DNA of 24,420 nt from a virus. Taxonomy: Duplodnaviria > Caudoviricetes. Position numbers and translations under genes: made by a program. This document shows, one piece after another, positions 1-9,520 of the stretch. Where the stretch lies: positions 1 through 24,420 of the IMG/VR virus record IMGVR_UViG_3300021142_000173, one strand, 5' to 3'. Position 1 is the first letter of the stretch. Each line of letters opens with the position of its first letter. The notes under the pieces are model-generated. The model searched no databases. It worked only from the letters and a program-made list of their open reading frames with translations, and was not told the origin of the DNA.

Positions 1-374
1 CTAAAGAATCAGGGTGGGAGGAGGTGACGTATTATGGTGAAGCAGTTTTTGACCCTATCACAGGTGCAGTCAGAAAACCAGAATGGATTTACATACTCGT
101 GAATAAAAATATCCCAGGTATTTGTAAAATCGGCTATACGACCACTTCTGTTGAACAGAGGACAAGAGAGATTAATTCGGCCACAGGTGTCATCACTCCA
201 TGGTTTCCAGTCTTTAGGTATAAATGTGTATTAAGTAGATTTGTCGAAGAGGATGTACACCAGTATCTCGAAGAAAAAGGGTATAGAATTAATCCGCGCC
301 GTGAAGGATTTGAAATTGATCCGACTACAGCTAGAGAAGTAATCGAGGCTGTAGGTGAGAAATATAAGATTTGA
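1..374 (+). CDS. T5orf172/MUG113-family (GIY-YIG-like) protein, probably 5'-truncated
   Basis: Motifs WIYILVN..IPG.CKIGYTT..VEQR.REIN.ATGV..PW, EEDVH..L and REGF are typical of T5orf172. The frame is open from base 3 (KESGWEEVTYY...), so GTG at 24 is probably internal. Ends at TGA 372-374. Confidence 0.8.
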   Translation, partial: KESGWEEVTYYGEAVFDPITGAVRKPEWIYILVNKNIPGICKIGYTTTSVEQRTREINSATGVITPWFPVFRYKCVLSRFVEEDVHQYLEEKGYRINPRREGFEIDPTTAREVIEAVGEKYKI

Positions 375-489
375 TACTAGAGCTCTTCAAATTTTAAGTT
401 TAATTTAACTGTTAACAAAAGGTATAGCTAGTGATACAGCGATAGAGAATCGAAGGGAAATTAAAATATCTTTTTCCTTGTCATTAAGC

Positions 490-497
490 TATTTATA
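490..497 (+). promoter_or_regulatory. Putative late-promoter motif TATTTATA
   Basis: Intergenic CTATTTATA ending 12 nt before ATG 510. The same octamer recurs before ORFs 3207, 6720 and 22280. Confidence 0.55.
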
Positions 498-509
498 CTA
501 TATAGATAT

Positions 510-776
510 ATGGATAATTTTGATAAAAAAATGTTAATAAGTGTTAGACCAATTCTCACTCAGGCAGTTGATGTTCTAGAGACTTATCTTAAAGAGGATG
601 AGATCATGAAATTATTACCGCTGGATGAACATAGGAGATTAATTATAGAAGCCGAACAGATGCTCGATCTCTATACCGATATTGATATGATTCAGGAAGC
701 GGCACAGGTGGCTAGTCTGCTAGCCCGGCTAGAAAAAAGTTTGGAAGAGAAGGTAGACATTACGAAAAAGAAATAG
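510..776 (+). CDS. Hypothetical protein, 88 aa, helical
   Basis: Clean ORF preceded by TATTTATA; no recognisable motif. Confidence 0.7.
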   Translation: MDNFDKKMLISVRPILTQAVDVLETYLKEDEIMKLLPLDEHRRLIIEAEQMLDLYTDIDMIQEAAQVASLLARLEKSLEEKVDITKKK

Positions 777-805
777 TTGGAAATATAAAAATAAGTTCAT
801 AACTT
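775..805 (+). promoter_or_regulatory. Putative early/middle bipartite promoter, degenerate copy
   Basis: AGTTGG (775-780) and AAGTTCATAACTT (793-805) have the same 19-nt G-to-G spacing as the copies at 1307 and 20626. Lies upstream of the glutaredoxin. Confidence 0.45.
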
Positions 806-853
806 CTTGGAAAGAATTAAAAAGATAGCAAAGAAAGAAAAAAAGAATAGAAG

Positions 854-1138
854 ATGGTAGTAATTTATACGTTAGAAGGTTGTGAGTATTGTAAGAAACT
901 AAAAAAGCTATTAGGTAGAGAATTAGTATCGTACAAGGAAGTGGATGCCGACGTAAACTACGAACAGGCCGAAAAGCTAGAAAAATACCTAGGTATAGAG
1001 TCTTATCCTATCATACATATAAAAAAGATAAATAAAGATATATTTATCATCGGGGCAGAAGAGGATAGCTATCGTGATAATGTTCTACATTACACTACTA
1101 TCGATCAAGCAGTACATTTAATATTACAAAATATATGA
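854..1138 (+). CDS. Glutaredoxin/NrdH-like redoxin
   Basis: 94 aa; VVIYTLEG-CEYC active site, YKEVD segment and SYPII cis-Pro loop. Confidence 0.88.
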   Translation: MVVIYTLEGCEYCKKLKKLLGRELVSYKEVDADVNYEQAEKLEKYLGIESYPIIHIKKINKDIFIIGAEEDSYRDNVLHYTTIDQAVHLILQNI

Positions 1139-1302
1139 AAGCAAAAGAAATAGTTACTAGACAGTTAGAACAGTTAGAAAATAGGTTAACTATGTTAGAT
1201 TCAAGTCTATCTATGGGTAGACCTCTTTATGAAATAAAAGCAGAGATTGATTCTATAAAAGAGAGGATTCAAAATATTCAAACTCTTATAAATAACGAGT
1301 AA
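1135..1302 (+). CDS. Small coiled-coil hypothetical protein, 55 aa (not in ORF track)
   Basis: Hand translation: MKAKEIVTRQLEQLENRLTMLDSSLSMGRPLYEIKAEIDSIKERIQNIQTLINNE*. The ATG overlaps the glutaredoxin stop (ATGA) and the ORF fills the gap up to the next promoter motif. Confidence 0.75.
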   Translation: MKAKEIVTRQLEQLENRLTMLDSSLSMGRPLYEIKAEIDSIKERIQNIQTLINNE

Positions 1303-1306
1303 AATA

Positions 1307-1338
1307 AAGTTGGTAGTATGAAATAAAGTTCGTATATT
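1307..1338 (+). promoter_or_regulatory. Putative early/middle bipartite promoter
   Basis: AAGTTGGTAGTATGAAATAAAGTTCGTATATT is 25/32 identical, ungapped, to 20626-20657. It ends 20 nt before ATG 1359. Confidence 0.62.
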
Positions 1339-1358
1339 ATAATTAAAAAAATTATAGT

Positions 1359-2126
1359 ATGAGCTTGACAGCAGAACAAATTCAACAAAATCGTGATATT
1401 TTCTTTAAAAATATTGAAGATCATATCGCGTCTCCGCGTAAAGAAATCTTAACGGAGTTTTATGAATCTATTGAAGATCATTTAATTCTAGCACCTGCCT
1501 CTACTCGTGATAGTTATCATAATTGCTTCCCTGGAGGTTATATTGAGCATGTTAATAGAGTGGTAAAGGCTAGTTTAGAATTAGCTGAGGTATGGAGTGG
1601 TTACTCGGAGTTAAATTTTACTCAAGAAGAATTAATCTTTTCGGCTATTAATCATGACTTAGGTAAATTAGGTCTAGATGGTAAACCTGGAGTTATTCCA
1701 AATGATAACGACTGGCAGATAAAGAATCAAGGTACATTGTATAAAATCAATACAGAGCTACCCTTCTCTACTGTTCCAGATCGTTCTCTTTTTATTTTAC
1801 AGTCTATTGGTTTAATAGTATCTCAGAATGAATACTTAGGTATTAAATTACACGATGGATTATACGATGAGAGTAATAAAGCATATCTAATCTCTTACCA
1901 GCCTGAAGCTAGACTTAGAACTTCTTTACCTTTAATTTTACATCAAGCAGATATGTTAGCGGCTAGAGTAGAATGGGAATCAGTTTGGATACTTAAATTA
2001 TCTTCTCCAGCTACATCAAAACCAGCACCTGCACGTAAGTTTACTTCAGTAGATGCTAAAAAAGAAACAATGGCTAAGATTGGAAAAGCAAATCCAGGTC
2101 TAGCAAGTATTTTAAAAAATATATAA
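1359..2126 (+). CDS. HD-domain metal-dependent phosphohydrolase (YhaM/Cbf1-like HD region)
   Basis: Motifs APAS...YH..FPGGYIEH, NHDLGK, LHDG and HQAD, followed by a low-complexity C-terminal tail. Confidence 0.85.
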   Translation: MSLTAEQIQQNRDIFFKNIEDHIASPRKEILTEFYESIEDHLILAPASTRDSYHNCFPGGYIEHVNRVVKASLELAEVWSGYSELNFTQEELIFSAINHDLGKLGLDGKPGVIPNDNDWQIKNQGTLYKINTELPFSTVPDRSLFILQSIGLIVSQNEYLGIKLHDGLYDESNKAYLISYQPEARLRTSLPLILHQADMLAARVEWESVWILKLSSPATSKPAPARKFTSVDAKKETMAKIGKANPGLASILKNI

Positions 2127-2129
2127 CCT

Positions 2130-2408
2130 ATGTTAGCAATAATAATAAATTTAAACATCTGGGTACTAACTATACTTGGATACGTCGTATATAACCTCTA
2201 TAAAAAGAATGTTAAGTTAGAGGAGATGGTTCAACAGCGTGATCAAACCTTAGCTGCTATTGGCGGTACTGTGAGTGAATCTGATAGAGTTCTAAAAGAA
2301 CTTGATAAAGTAGGTGCATTCCAGAGTGATGACGAAGTAGGATTTTTCTTTAAAGCATTAAAGCAAATCCAAGAAGTGTTAAATCAATTTTATAAAGGTA
2401 AAGATTAG
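2130..2408 (+). CDS. Small membrane-anchored hypothetical protein
   Basis: N-terminal hydrophobic run (MLAIIINLNIWVLTILGYVVY), then KK and a coiled-coil-like segment. Confidence 0.72.
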   Translation: MLAIIINLNIWVLTILGYVVYNLYKKNVKLEEMVQQRDQTLAAIGGTVSESDRVLKELDKVGAFQSDDEVGFFFKALKQIQEVLNQFYKGKD

Positions 2409-2409
2409 A

Positions 2410-3174
2410 ATGAGTATAGATATATTTGCACCCGAAGAGACTGTAGAATTAACACAATCCGGAAAACTAAGAAAGCGAAAACCAAAACAATCCAACATCT
2501 ACTTTACCCAGGATACAGAAGATGCAATCTTAAGATATCTCGCAACAGAAGATACTGTAGAAAGAAATCATATTTACGATACCTACATTAATTACGCATT
2601 TCATAAGTTAGCCGAAAATATAATCCACACCTTTAAGTTTTACTATACAGAAGTTGAAACAATAGAAGAATTAAAACATGAAGTTGTTTGTGTTTTATTA
2701 GAGAAATTAAAACTCTATAAACAAGAGAAAGGTAAAGCTTATTCTTATTTTGGTACAATCGTTAAGAGATATCTTATAAATTACAACAAAAACAATTACA
2801 AGAAGTTAAAAGATAGAGCTACCTTAGAAGAAGTAGATGTTGATAAGACTATTGTAGGTGAATTAGTGAGTAATGTTAATTATGAAATAGAGGAAGTAAG
2901 TTTTATTAATCTCTATGTTAAGCATGTAGATGATAAGTTATTTGACCTATTTCCAAAACCTAAAGAAGCTCGGATAGCAGATGCTATCTTAGAGCTTTTT
3001 AAGAAAAGAGAAAATCTAGATATCCTAAACAAGAAAGCTTTATACATCTATATCCGTGAAATTACCGAAGCTCCAACCCCAACTATAACAAAAGTTATCA
3101 AAAAACTTAAAATAGTCTATAAAAAGCTCTATGGACGCTATCTTGATCATGGATATGCTGTAAAAATTTACTAG
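2410..3174 (+). CDS. Phage sigma-like factor (sigma70 region 2; probably a T4 gp55-like late sigma)
   Basis: KLAENIIHTFKFY...EELKHE...LLEKLKLYKQEKGKAYSYFGTIVKRYLI resembles region 2 of sigma70/gp55 (FDPEK...AYF). It lies immediately before the structural block. Confidence 0.65.
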   Translation: MSIDIFAPEETVELTQSGKLRKRKPKQSNIYFTQDTEDAILRYLATEDTVERNHIYDTYINYAFHKLAENIIHTFKFYYTEVETIEELKHEVVCVLLEKLKLYKQEKGKAYSYFGTIVKRYLINYNKNNYKKLKDRATLEEVDVDKTIVGELVSNVNYEIEEVSFINLYVKHVDDKLFDLFPKPKEARIADAILELFKKRENLDILNKKALYIYIREITEAPTPTITKVIKKLKIVYKKLYGRYLDHGYAVKIY

Positions 3175-3181
3175 AGAACTC

Positions 3182-3189
3182 TATTTATA
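3182..3189 (+). promoter_or_regulatory. Putative late-promoter motif TATTTATA
   Basis: CTATTTATA in the 32-nt gap that heads the structural gene block. Confidence 0.6.
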
Positions 3190-3206
3190 ATTAAAGAAAC
3201 ATTATT

Positions 3207-3569
3207 ATGGATTTCGATAAAGAGTTATTTAAAGGTAAAACATTCTCATCTCTACTAAAAGATATTTACGATAACAGTCGTAGTAAAGAGAAATCACTAA
3301 AAGAATTAATCGGGCAGTTAACTGACATGATTGATGAACCTGGTGATGCAACTCTTATTGTACCTCTACTACAGGGTTACATGGAAGTAGCAGTTAAGAA
3401 TGATGAAGCCTTGATTAAGATGGCTGGCATAGTTCAAAAAGCAATGTCAGTTGCAGCAAAAGTAGAAGCAGAAGGTGAATTACTTTCAGATAAAGATAAA
3501 GAGTTACTATTTGCTGAAATTAAGAGTATAAACGTACCGTCATTACCTGAAGTTAAAAGATCTGCTTAA
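3207..3569 (+). CDS. Hypothetical helical protein, 120 aa
   Basis: First ORF after TATTTATA; its stop overlaps the next start (TAATG). Confidence 0.75.
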   Translation: MDFDKELFKGKTFSSLLKDIYDNSRSKEKSLKELIGQLTDMIDEPGDATLIVPLLQGYMEVAVKNDEALIKMAGIVQKAMSVAAKVEAEGELLSDKDKELLFAEIKSINVPSLPEVKRSA

Positions 3570-4459
3570 TGCAATTAGGACTTAACTATAATTACTACAC
3601 CTCTAAAATACCTTCAAATAAAGGTGGTGGAATAGTATTAGCTAGAGTTAATAAAATTATTTTAGGTCCAGTAGATGGAGATGGGAAACCAGACCCGGAT
3701 TTTGAAGCAAATGGAGGATGGGCATCAGTTGGTTCTATATTCTACACTGTACTTTATACAGAACAGTCCGTAGATACTCAAGGAAGTAGCCGTGTAACAG
3801 CAAAACCTTTATCTGGTAACTTTAAACAATATCCACTTATTAATGAAATCGTAGAGATAGTTGAAGGTCCGTCCACAGATTTAAACGATGATGCTTCAGC
3901 AAAGCAATACTACTATCGACCACCTTATAACTTATGGGGAACTGTTCATCAGAATGCTTTCCCAAATTTATCTAGTTATGGAAGTGTAGTTAAATCAAAA
4001 CAAGCACCTTATAGCTATCCTTTAGGTACAACTTTCCAAGAAAAGAGTGGTATTAAGAATATACAACCTTATGAAGGTGATATAATAGTAGAAGGTAGAT
4101 GGGGACAATCAATAAGATTTGGAAGTACAGTTAAAGGTAAAGGTGCATTAAATCCATGGAGCAGTCAAGGTCAAGAAGGAAGCCCAATAACTATAATTAG
4201 AAACGGACAAGCTACATCGACCATACCTCAAGCCTGGGTTAATGGGATAGAAGATATTAGTAACGATGATGCCTCTGTATATCTTTGTTCAGGACAGTCT
4301 ATCTATATTCAAGATCTAACTAATTTTAAACTAACCTCTTATACAGGTAGAACACAGTTACAAGAAAATCAAGTTAAAACTAAGAATGCAGCACCTGTTT
4401 CAACAGATACAATATCACCTAGTCAACAATCTAAAAAAGAATTAGCAGCTAATAAATAA
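3569..4459 (+). CDS. Putative baseplate hub/spike protein, N-terminal part (gp5/gpV-like)
   Basis: OB-fold-like pattern (ARVNKI...AKPL...YPLINEIVEIV...YY), then PYEGDIIVEGRWGQSIRFGS. Lies upstream of the gp25- and gp6-like genes. Confidence 0.55.
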   Translation: MQLGLNYNYYTSKIPSNKGGGIVLARVNKIILGPVDGDGKPDPDFEANGGWASVGSIFYTVLYTEQSVDTQGSSRVTAKPLSGNFKQYPLINEIVEIVEGPSTDLNDDASAKQYYYRPPYNLWGTVHQNAFPNLSSYGSVVKSKQAPYSYPLGTTFQEKSGIKNIQPYEGDIIVEGRWGQSIRFGSTVKGKGALNPWSSQGQEGSPITIIRNGQATSTIPQAWVNGIEDISNDDASVYLCSGQSIYIQDLTNFKLTSYTGRTQLQENQVKTKNAAPVSTDTISPSQQSKKELAANK

Positions 4460-4914
4460 TGGCAACATCTAAGAATTACATACCTGAACTTCAACAATAT
4501 ACTGATAATCAAATTATACTATCTTCTGGAAGAGTTTTACTTCATGCTAAGACAGATAGTATTTTACTATTTGGTAAAAAATCTATTGGATTATCAAGTC
4601 TAGGTACAGTTAATTTCGATGTAGCAAATCGTGTTATCGTAAACTCACCTAAGATAGAATTAGGTTTAGAGGCTGAATTAACAGGAGAACCTGTTATGAA
4701 AGGTACATCAACAACTCAGTTTTTAGTGAGAATGTTAAATATTCTAACACCGTTAGGAACTGCTCTTGCTAGTATGTCTGAATCAGAATTAGAAACTGCT
4801 ATACCGTTATTAGTAAAGGTTGGAACAGTTATAAAATCTGAGTTTCCACAATTGGTAGCTCTAGCAAATGCAAGTGGTTCTGCTTTAATATCACAAGTAA
4901 CCTACACTAAATAA
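4459..4914 (+). CDS. Putative spike beta-helix/tip protein (gp5/gpV C-terminal-like)
   Basis: Roughly 8-residue beta-strand periodicity (NQIILSSG-RVLLHAKT-DSILLFGK-KSIGLSSL-GTVNFDVA-NRVIVNSP-KIELG) followed by EPVMKG. Confidence 0.55.
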   Translation: MATSKNYIPELQQYTDNQIILSSGRVLLHAKTDSILLFGKKSIGLSSLGTVNFDVANRVIVNSPKIELGLEAELTGEPVMKGTSTTQFLVRMLNILTPLGTALASMSESELETAIPLLVKVGTVIKSEFPQLVALANASGSALISQVTYTK

Positions 4915-6686
4915 TGGCACAAGGATTAGAGAATTTAGTCACATCTATATCAGGACAGTTAGCTACTATTGAGAAAGCAGTAGATGATGTGTACTACGGT
5001 AATCCTTTAAATAAATCTGCGGGTATAAAACTTCCTGGATCAAATTCTAAAGTTAACGGAGTATTACCTCTAGTTCAAGAAATAAGCGGATACGACTTAT
5101 GTAATATTATTGCCACAGTACTGGCTCAACCTATAAGTCCAACCTCACCTATTCAAAAACAGCTCGATAATATTAAAAAGCAGTCTAATAAACTACTTAA
5201 TCAAATAGGTACTACGACAGCAGCACAAGCTTCAACATCAGGAAGTGCAGCAGTAAATGAGTTTGCTAAAAATATAGCTGAATTATCTGATTCAATCACA
5301 CCGGATTTAATAGCAGTTGCCCCGCAATTAGCGAGCACTCAAAATTTTCTAGATGACGTAGCAGGTTTTTTAACTAATCCTAACGGATCTATAAACGCAC
5401 TAAGTAAAATTAACCAGTTACAAACCTCTTTACAGACTATAAGTAACCTTAACACTCCGTTAGAAGTACTAAGTCTTGCACAGCAAGCTACTGGAATTAA
5501 TATAGCAGCACAAATTCAAAGCTTACAGAAAACTATAAATCCAGCTCAGATTCTACCAACTCTACAGAGTATATCCGTACTCCTAGGAAGTATCAATCAA
5601 ATGGGATTAAAGTTATTAAAGTATGTTAATATGGTTCAAGCAATTATACAGGTTGCTTCTTCTACAATAACAGTTGTTAATGCTATCATAAAAGTATTAA
5701 AATCAATTCCAATACCGAATATGTACACAGTAACATCTCTAAACCAATCGTTAGCAGATGCTCTAAATTATGTACAAACAAGTATCTTAAAACCAGCACA
5801 AAAAAATGTTAAGCAATTACAAATTTTAATTGATTTAATATATACGACTATTATAAGTTTTACAGGTAAAATAACTCAATTACAAGCCGCAATTGCACCG
5901 TTAATCTTTAACCTACAGACTTGTGTTGCAACAGCAGATTCACCTCAATTAGCTAATTTAGATAATATTAATAACAGTCTGACTGATATGGTTAGTAAGT
6001 TAAATGACTTTACTAAATACTATGCAGCAGCACAAAGTGATCCAAATCAGACAACTTTTCACGGGTACGTATTAAAAATAGTTGAGGAACAGACTATAGA
6101 TCATCCTTTACAATTTAAAAGAAGACATGCAGTAGCATTAGATCCAAGAGGGGTACAAGTAGCTCAAACTGAATTAACTTATTCAACTGATAACCAAGTA
6201 ATCTTTCAAGAACTAGAATTAATTATAGGTAATAATTACTACCCTTCTACAACTACAGAAACAGAAGCAAGTATATATAACTCTATTGGTGTAGACCCAA
6301 CAACCCTTGATCCAACATCACAAAAAGTAAGTTCAGCAGCTAAAGGATTTGTGAATTCACTACCTGGCGGTAAATCATTCATTAAAGATGTTGAAACCGC
6401 TACAGCATCCGATAGAACACCTGATGCAATAGTATTAAAAGCAGCAGCACAAGCTGGTGATTATAAACCAACAGCACAAACACAATTACCGATACAACCT
6501 TCAGAACCAACTATATCAGTTGGAGGATCAGCACCGTCCGGAGTTTTATCTCCTGAAAGTCAAGCTAAATGGGAATCAATCGCTACTAACCCCAGTACTC
6601 CACTTATCTTACGTCAAAGAGCACAAACAATACTAAATCAGAGTAGAGCAGCACAAGGAGATCAGCAAATATCGGGAATAAAGTAA
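4914..6686 (+). CDS. Hypothetical, probably virion-associated, helical protein, 590 aa
   Basis: Long Q/N/S/I/L-rich amphipathic helices and a small globular segment (RRHAVALD...QELELII). TAATG-coupled within the baseplate block. Confidence 0.7.
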   Translation: MAQGLENLVTSISGQLATIEKAVDDVYYGNPLNKSAGIKLPGSNSKVNGVLPLVQEISGYDLCNIIATVLAQPISPTSPIQKQLDNIKKQSNKLLNQIGTTTAAQASTSGSAAVNEFAKNIAELSDSITPDLIAVAPQLASTQNFLDDVAGFLTNPNGSINALSKINQLQTSLQTISNLNTPLEVLSLAQQATGINIAAQIQSLQKTINPAQILPTLQSISVLLGSINQMGLKLLKYVNMVQAIIQVASSTITVVNAIIKVLKSIPIPNMYTVTSLNQSLADALNYVQTSILKPAQKNVKQLQILIDLIYTTIISFTGKITQLQAAIAPLIFNLQTCVATADSPQLANLDNINNSLTDMVSKLNDFTKYYAAAQSDPNQTTFHGYVLKIVEEQTIDHPLQFKRRHAVALDPRGVQVAQTELTYSTDNQVIFQELELIIGNNYYPSTTTETEASIYNSIGVDPTTLDPTSQKVSSAAKGFVNSLPGGKSFIKDVETATASDRTPDAIVLKAAAQAGDYKPTAQTQLPIQPSEPTISVGGSAPSGVLSPESQAKWESIATNPSTPLILRQRAQTILNQSRAAQGDQQISGIK

Positions 6687-6707
6687 GTAGAATTTTACAT
6701 TTAAAAA

Positions 6708-6715
6708 TATTTATA
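6708..6715 (+). promoter_or_regulatory. Putative late-promoter motif TATTTATA
   Basis: Intergenic, ending 4 nt before ATG 6720. Confidence 0.55.
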
Positions 6716-6719
6716 TTAT

Positions 6720-7196
6720 ATGACAAAGTTAGATTTATTAAGGAAGTTAATAAGAGAAGAGGTAAGACAGGTTATACGTGAAGAAATAAAGCCTGTGTTA
6801 GTAGAGATTAGAAGCGGAAAAGGAGAATTAATTACTCCGAGAAAAACTTACCGTGAAGATTTAAAAGAATCTATAACACAGCGTCCTGTTAAAAAGCAAA
6901 CCGCACCACTACCTAGAGTTACTACTTCCGATCCGCTACAGCAGCTACTACAGGAAACTGCATATGGAATGGAACAGAGTGATTTTAGATCTTTTGTAAA
7001 TGCAGAAGCACCTCAAGATTTCTCACAGATGTTTTCTGCACCTGAACCCTATACATCAGAACCGATGGTAGTAGAATCAGTACAGGAGATGTTAGCACAA
7101 ACTAGACCTGTATCCGATATACATCAAGTTAATATAGATGCAGTACCAGATTTTTCTGAAATGATGAGTGTATTAAAAAGTAAAGGTCAAATATAA
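6720..7196 (+). CDS. Hypothetical protein with KLIREEVRQVIREE N-terminus (possible head-core/internal protein)
   Basis: Many aliphatic-x-E triplets (IRE twice, LVE, LKE, LQE, VVE, VQE). The function is inferred. Confidence 0.65.
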   Translation: MTKLDLLRKLIREEVRQVIREEIKPVLVEIRSGKGELITPRKTYREDLKESITQRPVKKQTAPLPRVTTSDPLQQLLQETAYGMEQSDFRSFVNAEAPQDFSQMFSAPEPYTSEPMVVESVQEMLAQTRPVSDIHQVNIDAVPDFSEMMSVLKSKGQI

Positions 7197-7615
7197 TGGC
7201 ATATGCAGCACGTACAATAAGTCCGCTTGATTTAAGACCAAGCACTGCGATAGGGGTATCAATCCCTTTCTCAGCACCTAATGTATTTACGTCTGTTTAC
7301 ACGACAGCTGATCAGTTAAAGTATAATATAATAAATTACCTACTAACAGGTAGAAACGAGAGAGTTTTTAGACCAACATTTGGAGCAGGATTAAGAGAAC
7401 AGCTTTTTGAGCAAATAACTGATACTTCTATCGCAATGGTAGAATCAAATATACAAGCAGGTGTAGAAGCTAACTTTCCAAACGTTATAACTACTTCTGT
7501 ACAGGTGATACCTTTGTACGATCAAAACACAATTAACATCTTGTTTAAGTATAGTATAGCAAATACTAACCAAGTTGATCAAATATTTTTAACAGTCGAT
7601 AATGGCCAACAATAG
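7196..7615 (+). CDS. Baseplate wedge subunit, GpW/gp25 family
   Basis: QLKYNIINYLLTGRNERVFRPTFGAGLREQLFE matches the gp25/GpW signature; 139 aa. Confidence 0.9.
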   Translation: MAYAARTISPLDLRPSTAIGVSIPFSAPNVFTSVYTTADQLKYNIINYLLTGRNERVFRPTFGAGLREQLFEQITDTSIAMVESNIQAGVEANFPNVITTSVQVIPLYDQNTINILFKYSIANTNQVDQIFLTVDNGQQ

Positions 7616-9497
7616 TTCAACAGTAACAAAGGATATAAAGTACCTTAACAAAGACTTCTCTGATTTTAGAGCAGCTCTAATCGAATACGCTAAGGCTTAT
7701 TTTCCAACAACCTATAATGATTTTTCTACTGCATCGCCAGGTTCTATGTTTCTAGAAATAGCTGCATATGTAGGAGATGTACTATCTTTTTATCTTGATA
7801 ACCAGTATCAAGAGACTTTTGTACAGTACGCAAAACAGACTAATAACCTATATACTCTAGCTTACATGCTTGGGTATAGACCAAAGGTCACATCTGCCGC
7901 AACAGTTGATCTAGACGTATATCAATTAGTACCTGCTTCAGGTTCAGCTGGTAATTATGTACCTGATTTTAGATATGCATTACAGGTTGACCAAGGTATG
8001 CAAGTAACCTCAAATACCAATACGAGTGCTACTTTCTATATACCTGAAAATATAGATTTCTCAATATCTTCTTCTACTTCACCGACTAATATTTCTGTGT
8101 ATAATGTAGACGGAAGTGGAAATCCTCAATATTTTCTATTACAGAAATCTGCAAAAGCATTATCAGGGACTATAAAGACATTTACTTATACATTCGGTAC
8201 AGCTCAAACATTTGAAACAATCTTACTTCAAGATACAAATATCATTGAAATACTTAGTGTTACTGACAGTAATGGTAGTAAATGGTACGAAGTTCCATAT
8301 CTAGCTCAAGATACAATAATGAAAGCGGTACAGAACGTGCCGAATATAAATCCTGATTATGCTGCAGATGCAGGTACAGTTCCTTATATTTTAGAATTAA
8401 TGACAGTACCTCGTAGATTTGTAACTAGGTTTAAAACAGATAATACGTTAGAGATTCAGTTTGGATCAGGTATAAATTCAGTAGCTAACGAAGTAGTTGT
8501 ACCGAATATGGGTAATGTAGGAATTGGAACATTAGATAGATTAAGTAAAATCAACACTATCTATGACCCTGCAAACTTTACTACAACATCAACTTATGGT
8601 TTAGCACCAAGTAATACAACTCTAACGTTTACCTACCTTGTGGGAGGTGGAGCACAAGCTAACGTACCAAGTAACACATTAAATACGGTAGTTAATTTTA
8701 CTTCAAACTTTAATGGTGGTATCGTAGATACTACTATCGGAAGTACAGTACGTAATTCTCTTGCAATAAATAATCCAGCACCAGCAGCAGGTGGTGGAGA
8801 TGGTGATACAGTAGAACAATTAAGATTAAACATACTAGCTCAGTATCCATCTCAAATGAGAGCTGTAACGCAGCAAGACTATCTAAGCTTTGCTTATAGT
8901 ATGCCACCTAAATTTGGCCAAGTTGCAAAAGCATTTGTAACTAAAGATAATTTGACATTTAGACAAGATACAGGAGGTGACACTAGTATGCAAGATCCGT
9001 ATGCATGTTCATTATACACCTTAGCTTATGATACAAATAAACATTTACAAGAACCACCTGCAGCATTACAGCAAAATCTAAAAAGCTATCTATCAGAGTA
9101 TAGAATGTTAACAGATGCTGTAAATATTAAAAATGCTTACATAGTTAATATAGGTGTAGATTTTAGTATTATCTTAAGACCGCAGTACAATAGTAGAGAT
9201 GTACTGACACAATGTATACAGTCTCTACAAGACTATTTCAAAATAGATGGATGGCAAATCAACCAACCTATTATCTTATCTGAAATATATACTTTATTAG
9301 ATCAAGTACCTGGAGTACAAACAGTTCAAAATGTAACTATAACGAATAAGTCTGCAACAGACGGAACATATTCTCCATATACATATGATATATCATCAGC
9401 GACTCTAAAAGGAGTTATCTACCCGTCTTTAGATCCATCTATCTTTGAAGTAAAGTATCCTGATATAGATATTACAGGAAAAGTTGTTACCTATTAA
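7602..9497 (+). CDS. Baseplate wedge protein, T4 gp6/GpJ-like
   Basis: Motifs NKDF..FRAALIEY, AAYVGDVLSFYLD.Q..E, LAYMLGYRPK, LEIQFGSG, GGGDGDTVEQLR and RAVT..DY. Directly follows the gp25-like gene. Confidence 0.9.
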   Translation: MANNSSTVTKDIKYLNKDFSDFRAALIEYAKAYFPTTYNDFSTASPGSMFLEIAAYVGDVLSFYLDNQYQETFVQYAKQTNNLYTLAYMLGYRPKVTSAATVDLDVYQLVPASGSAGNYVPDFRYALQVDQGMQVTSNTNTSATFYIPENIDFSISSSTSPTNISVYNVDGSGNPQYFLLQKSAKALSGTIKTFTYTFGTAQTFETILLQDTNIIEILSVTDSNGSKWYEVPYLAQDTIMKAVQNVPNINPDYAADAGTVPYILELMTVPRRFVTRFKTDNTLEIQFGSGINSVANEVVVPNMGNVGIGTLDRLSKINTIYDPANFTTTSTYGLAPSNTTLTFTYLVGGGAQANVPSNTLNTVVNFTSNFNGGIVDTTIGSTVRNSLAINNPAPAAGGGDGDTVEQLRLNILAQYPSQMRAVTQQDYLSFAYSMPPKFGQVAKAFVTKDNLTFRQDTGGDTSMQDPYACSLYTLAYDTNKHLQEPPAALQQNLKSYLSEYRMLTDAVNIKNAYIVNIGVDFSIILRPQYNSRDVLTQCIQSLQDYFKIDGWQINQPIILSEIYTLLDQVPGVQTVQNVTITNKSATDGTYSPYTYDISSATLKGVIYPSLDPSIFEVKYPDIDITGKVVTY

Positions 9498-9520
9498 TAT
9501 TATCCTTAAATTAGAATACA

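Noticed and set aside
16-26. GGAGGAGG before GTG 24 as a Shine-Dalgarno site and start codon
   Set aside because: The frame is open to the window edge, the bases encode W-E-E-V, and no other gene here has an SD. It is more likely internal coding sequence, although a start at 24 cannot be excluded.
453-479. Hairpin AAGGGAAA/TTTTCCTT as a terminator
   Set aside because: Weak 8-bp stem with a G-U pair, an 11-nt loop and no following U-tract.
807-860. 17-codon TTG-started Lys/Arg-rich mini-ORF in a purine-rich tract
   Set aside because: Very short with a weak start; it is explained by the A-rich leader composition.
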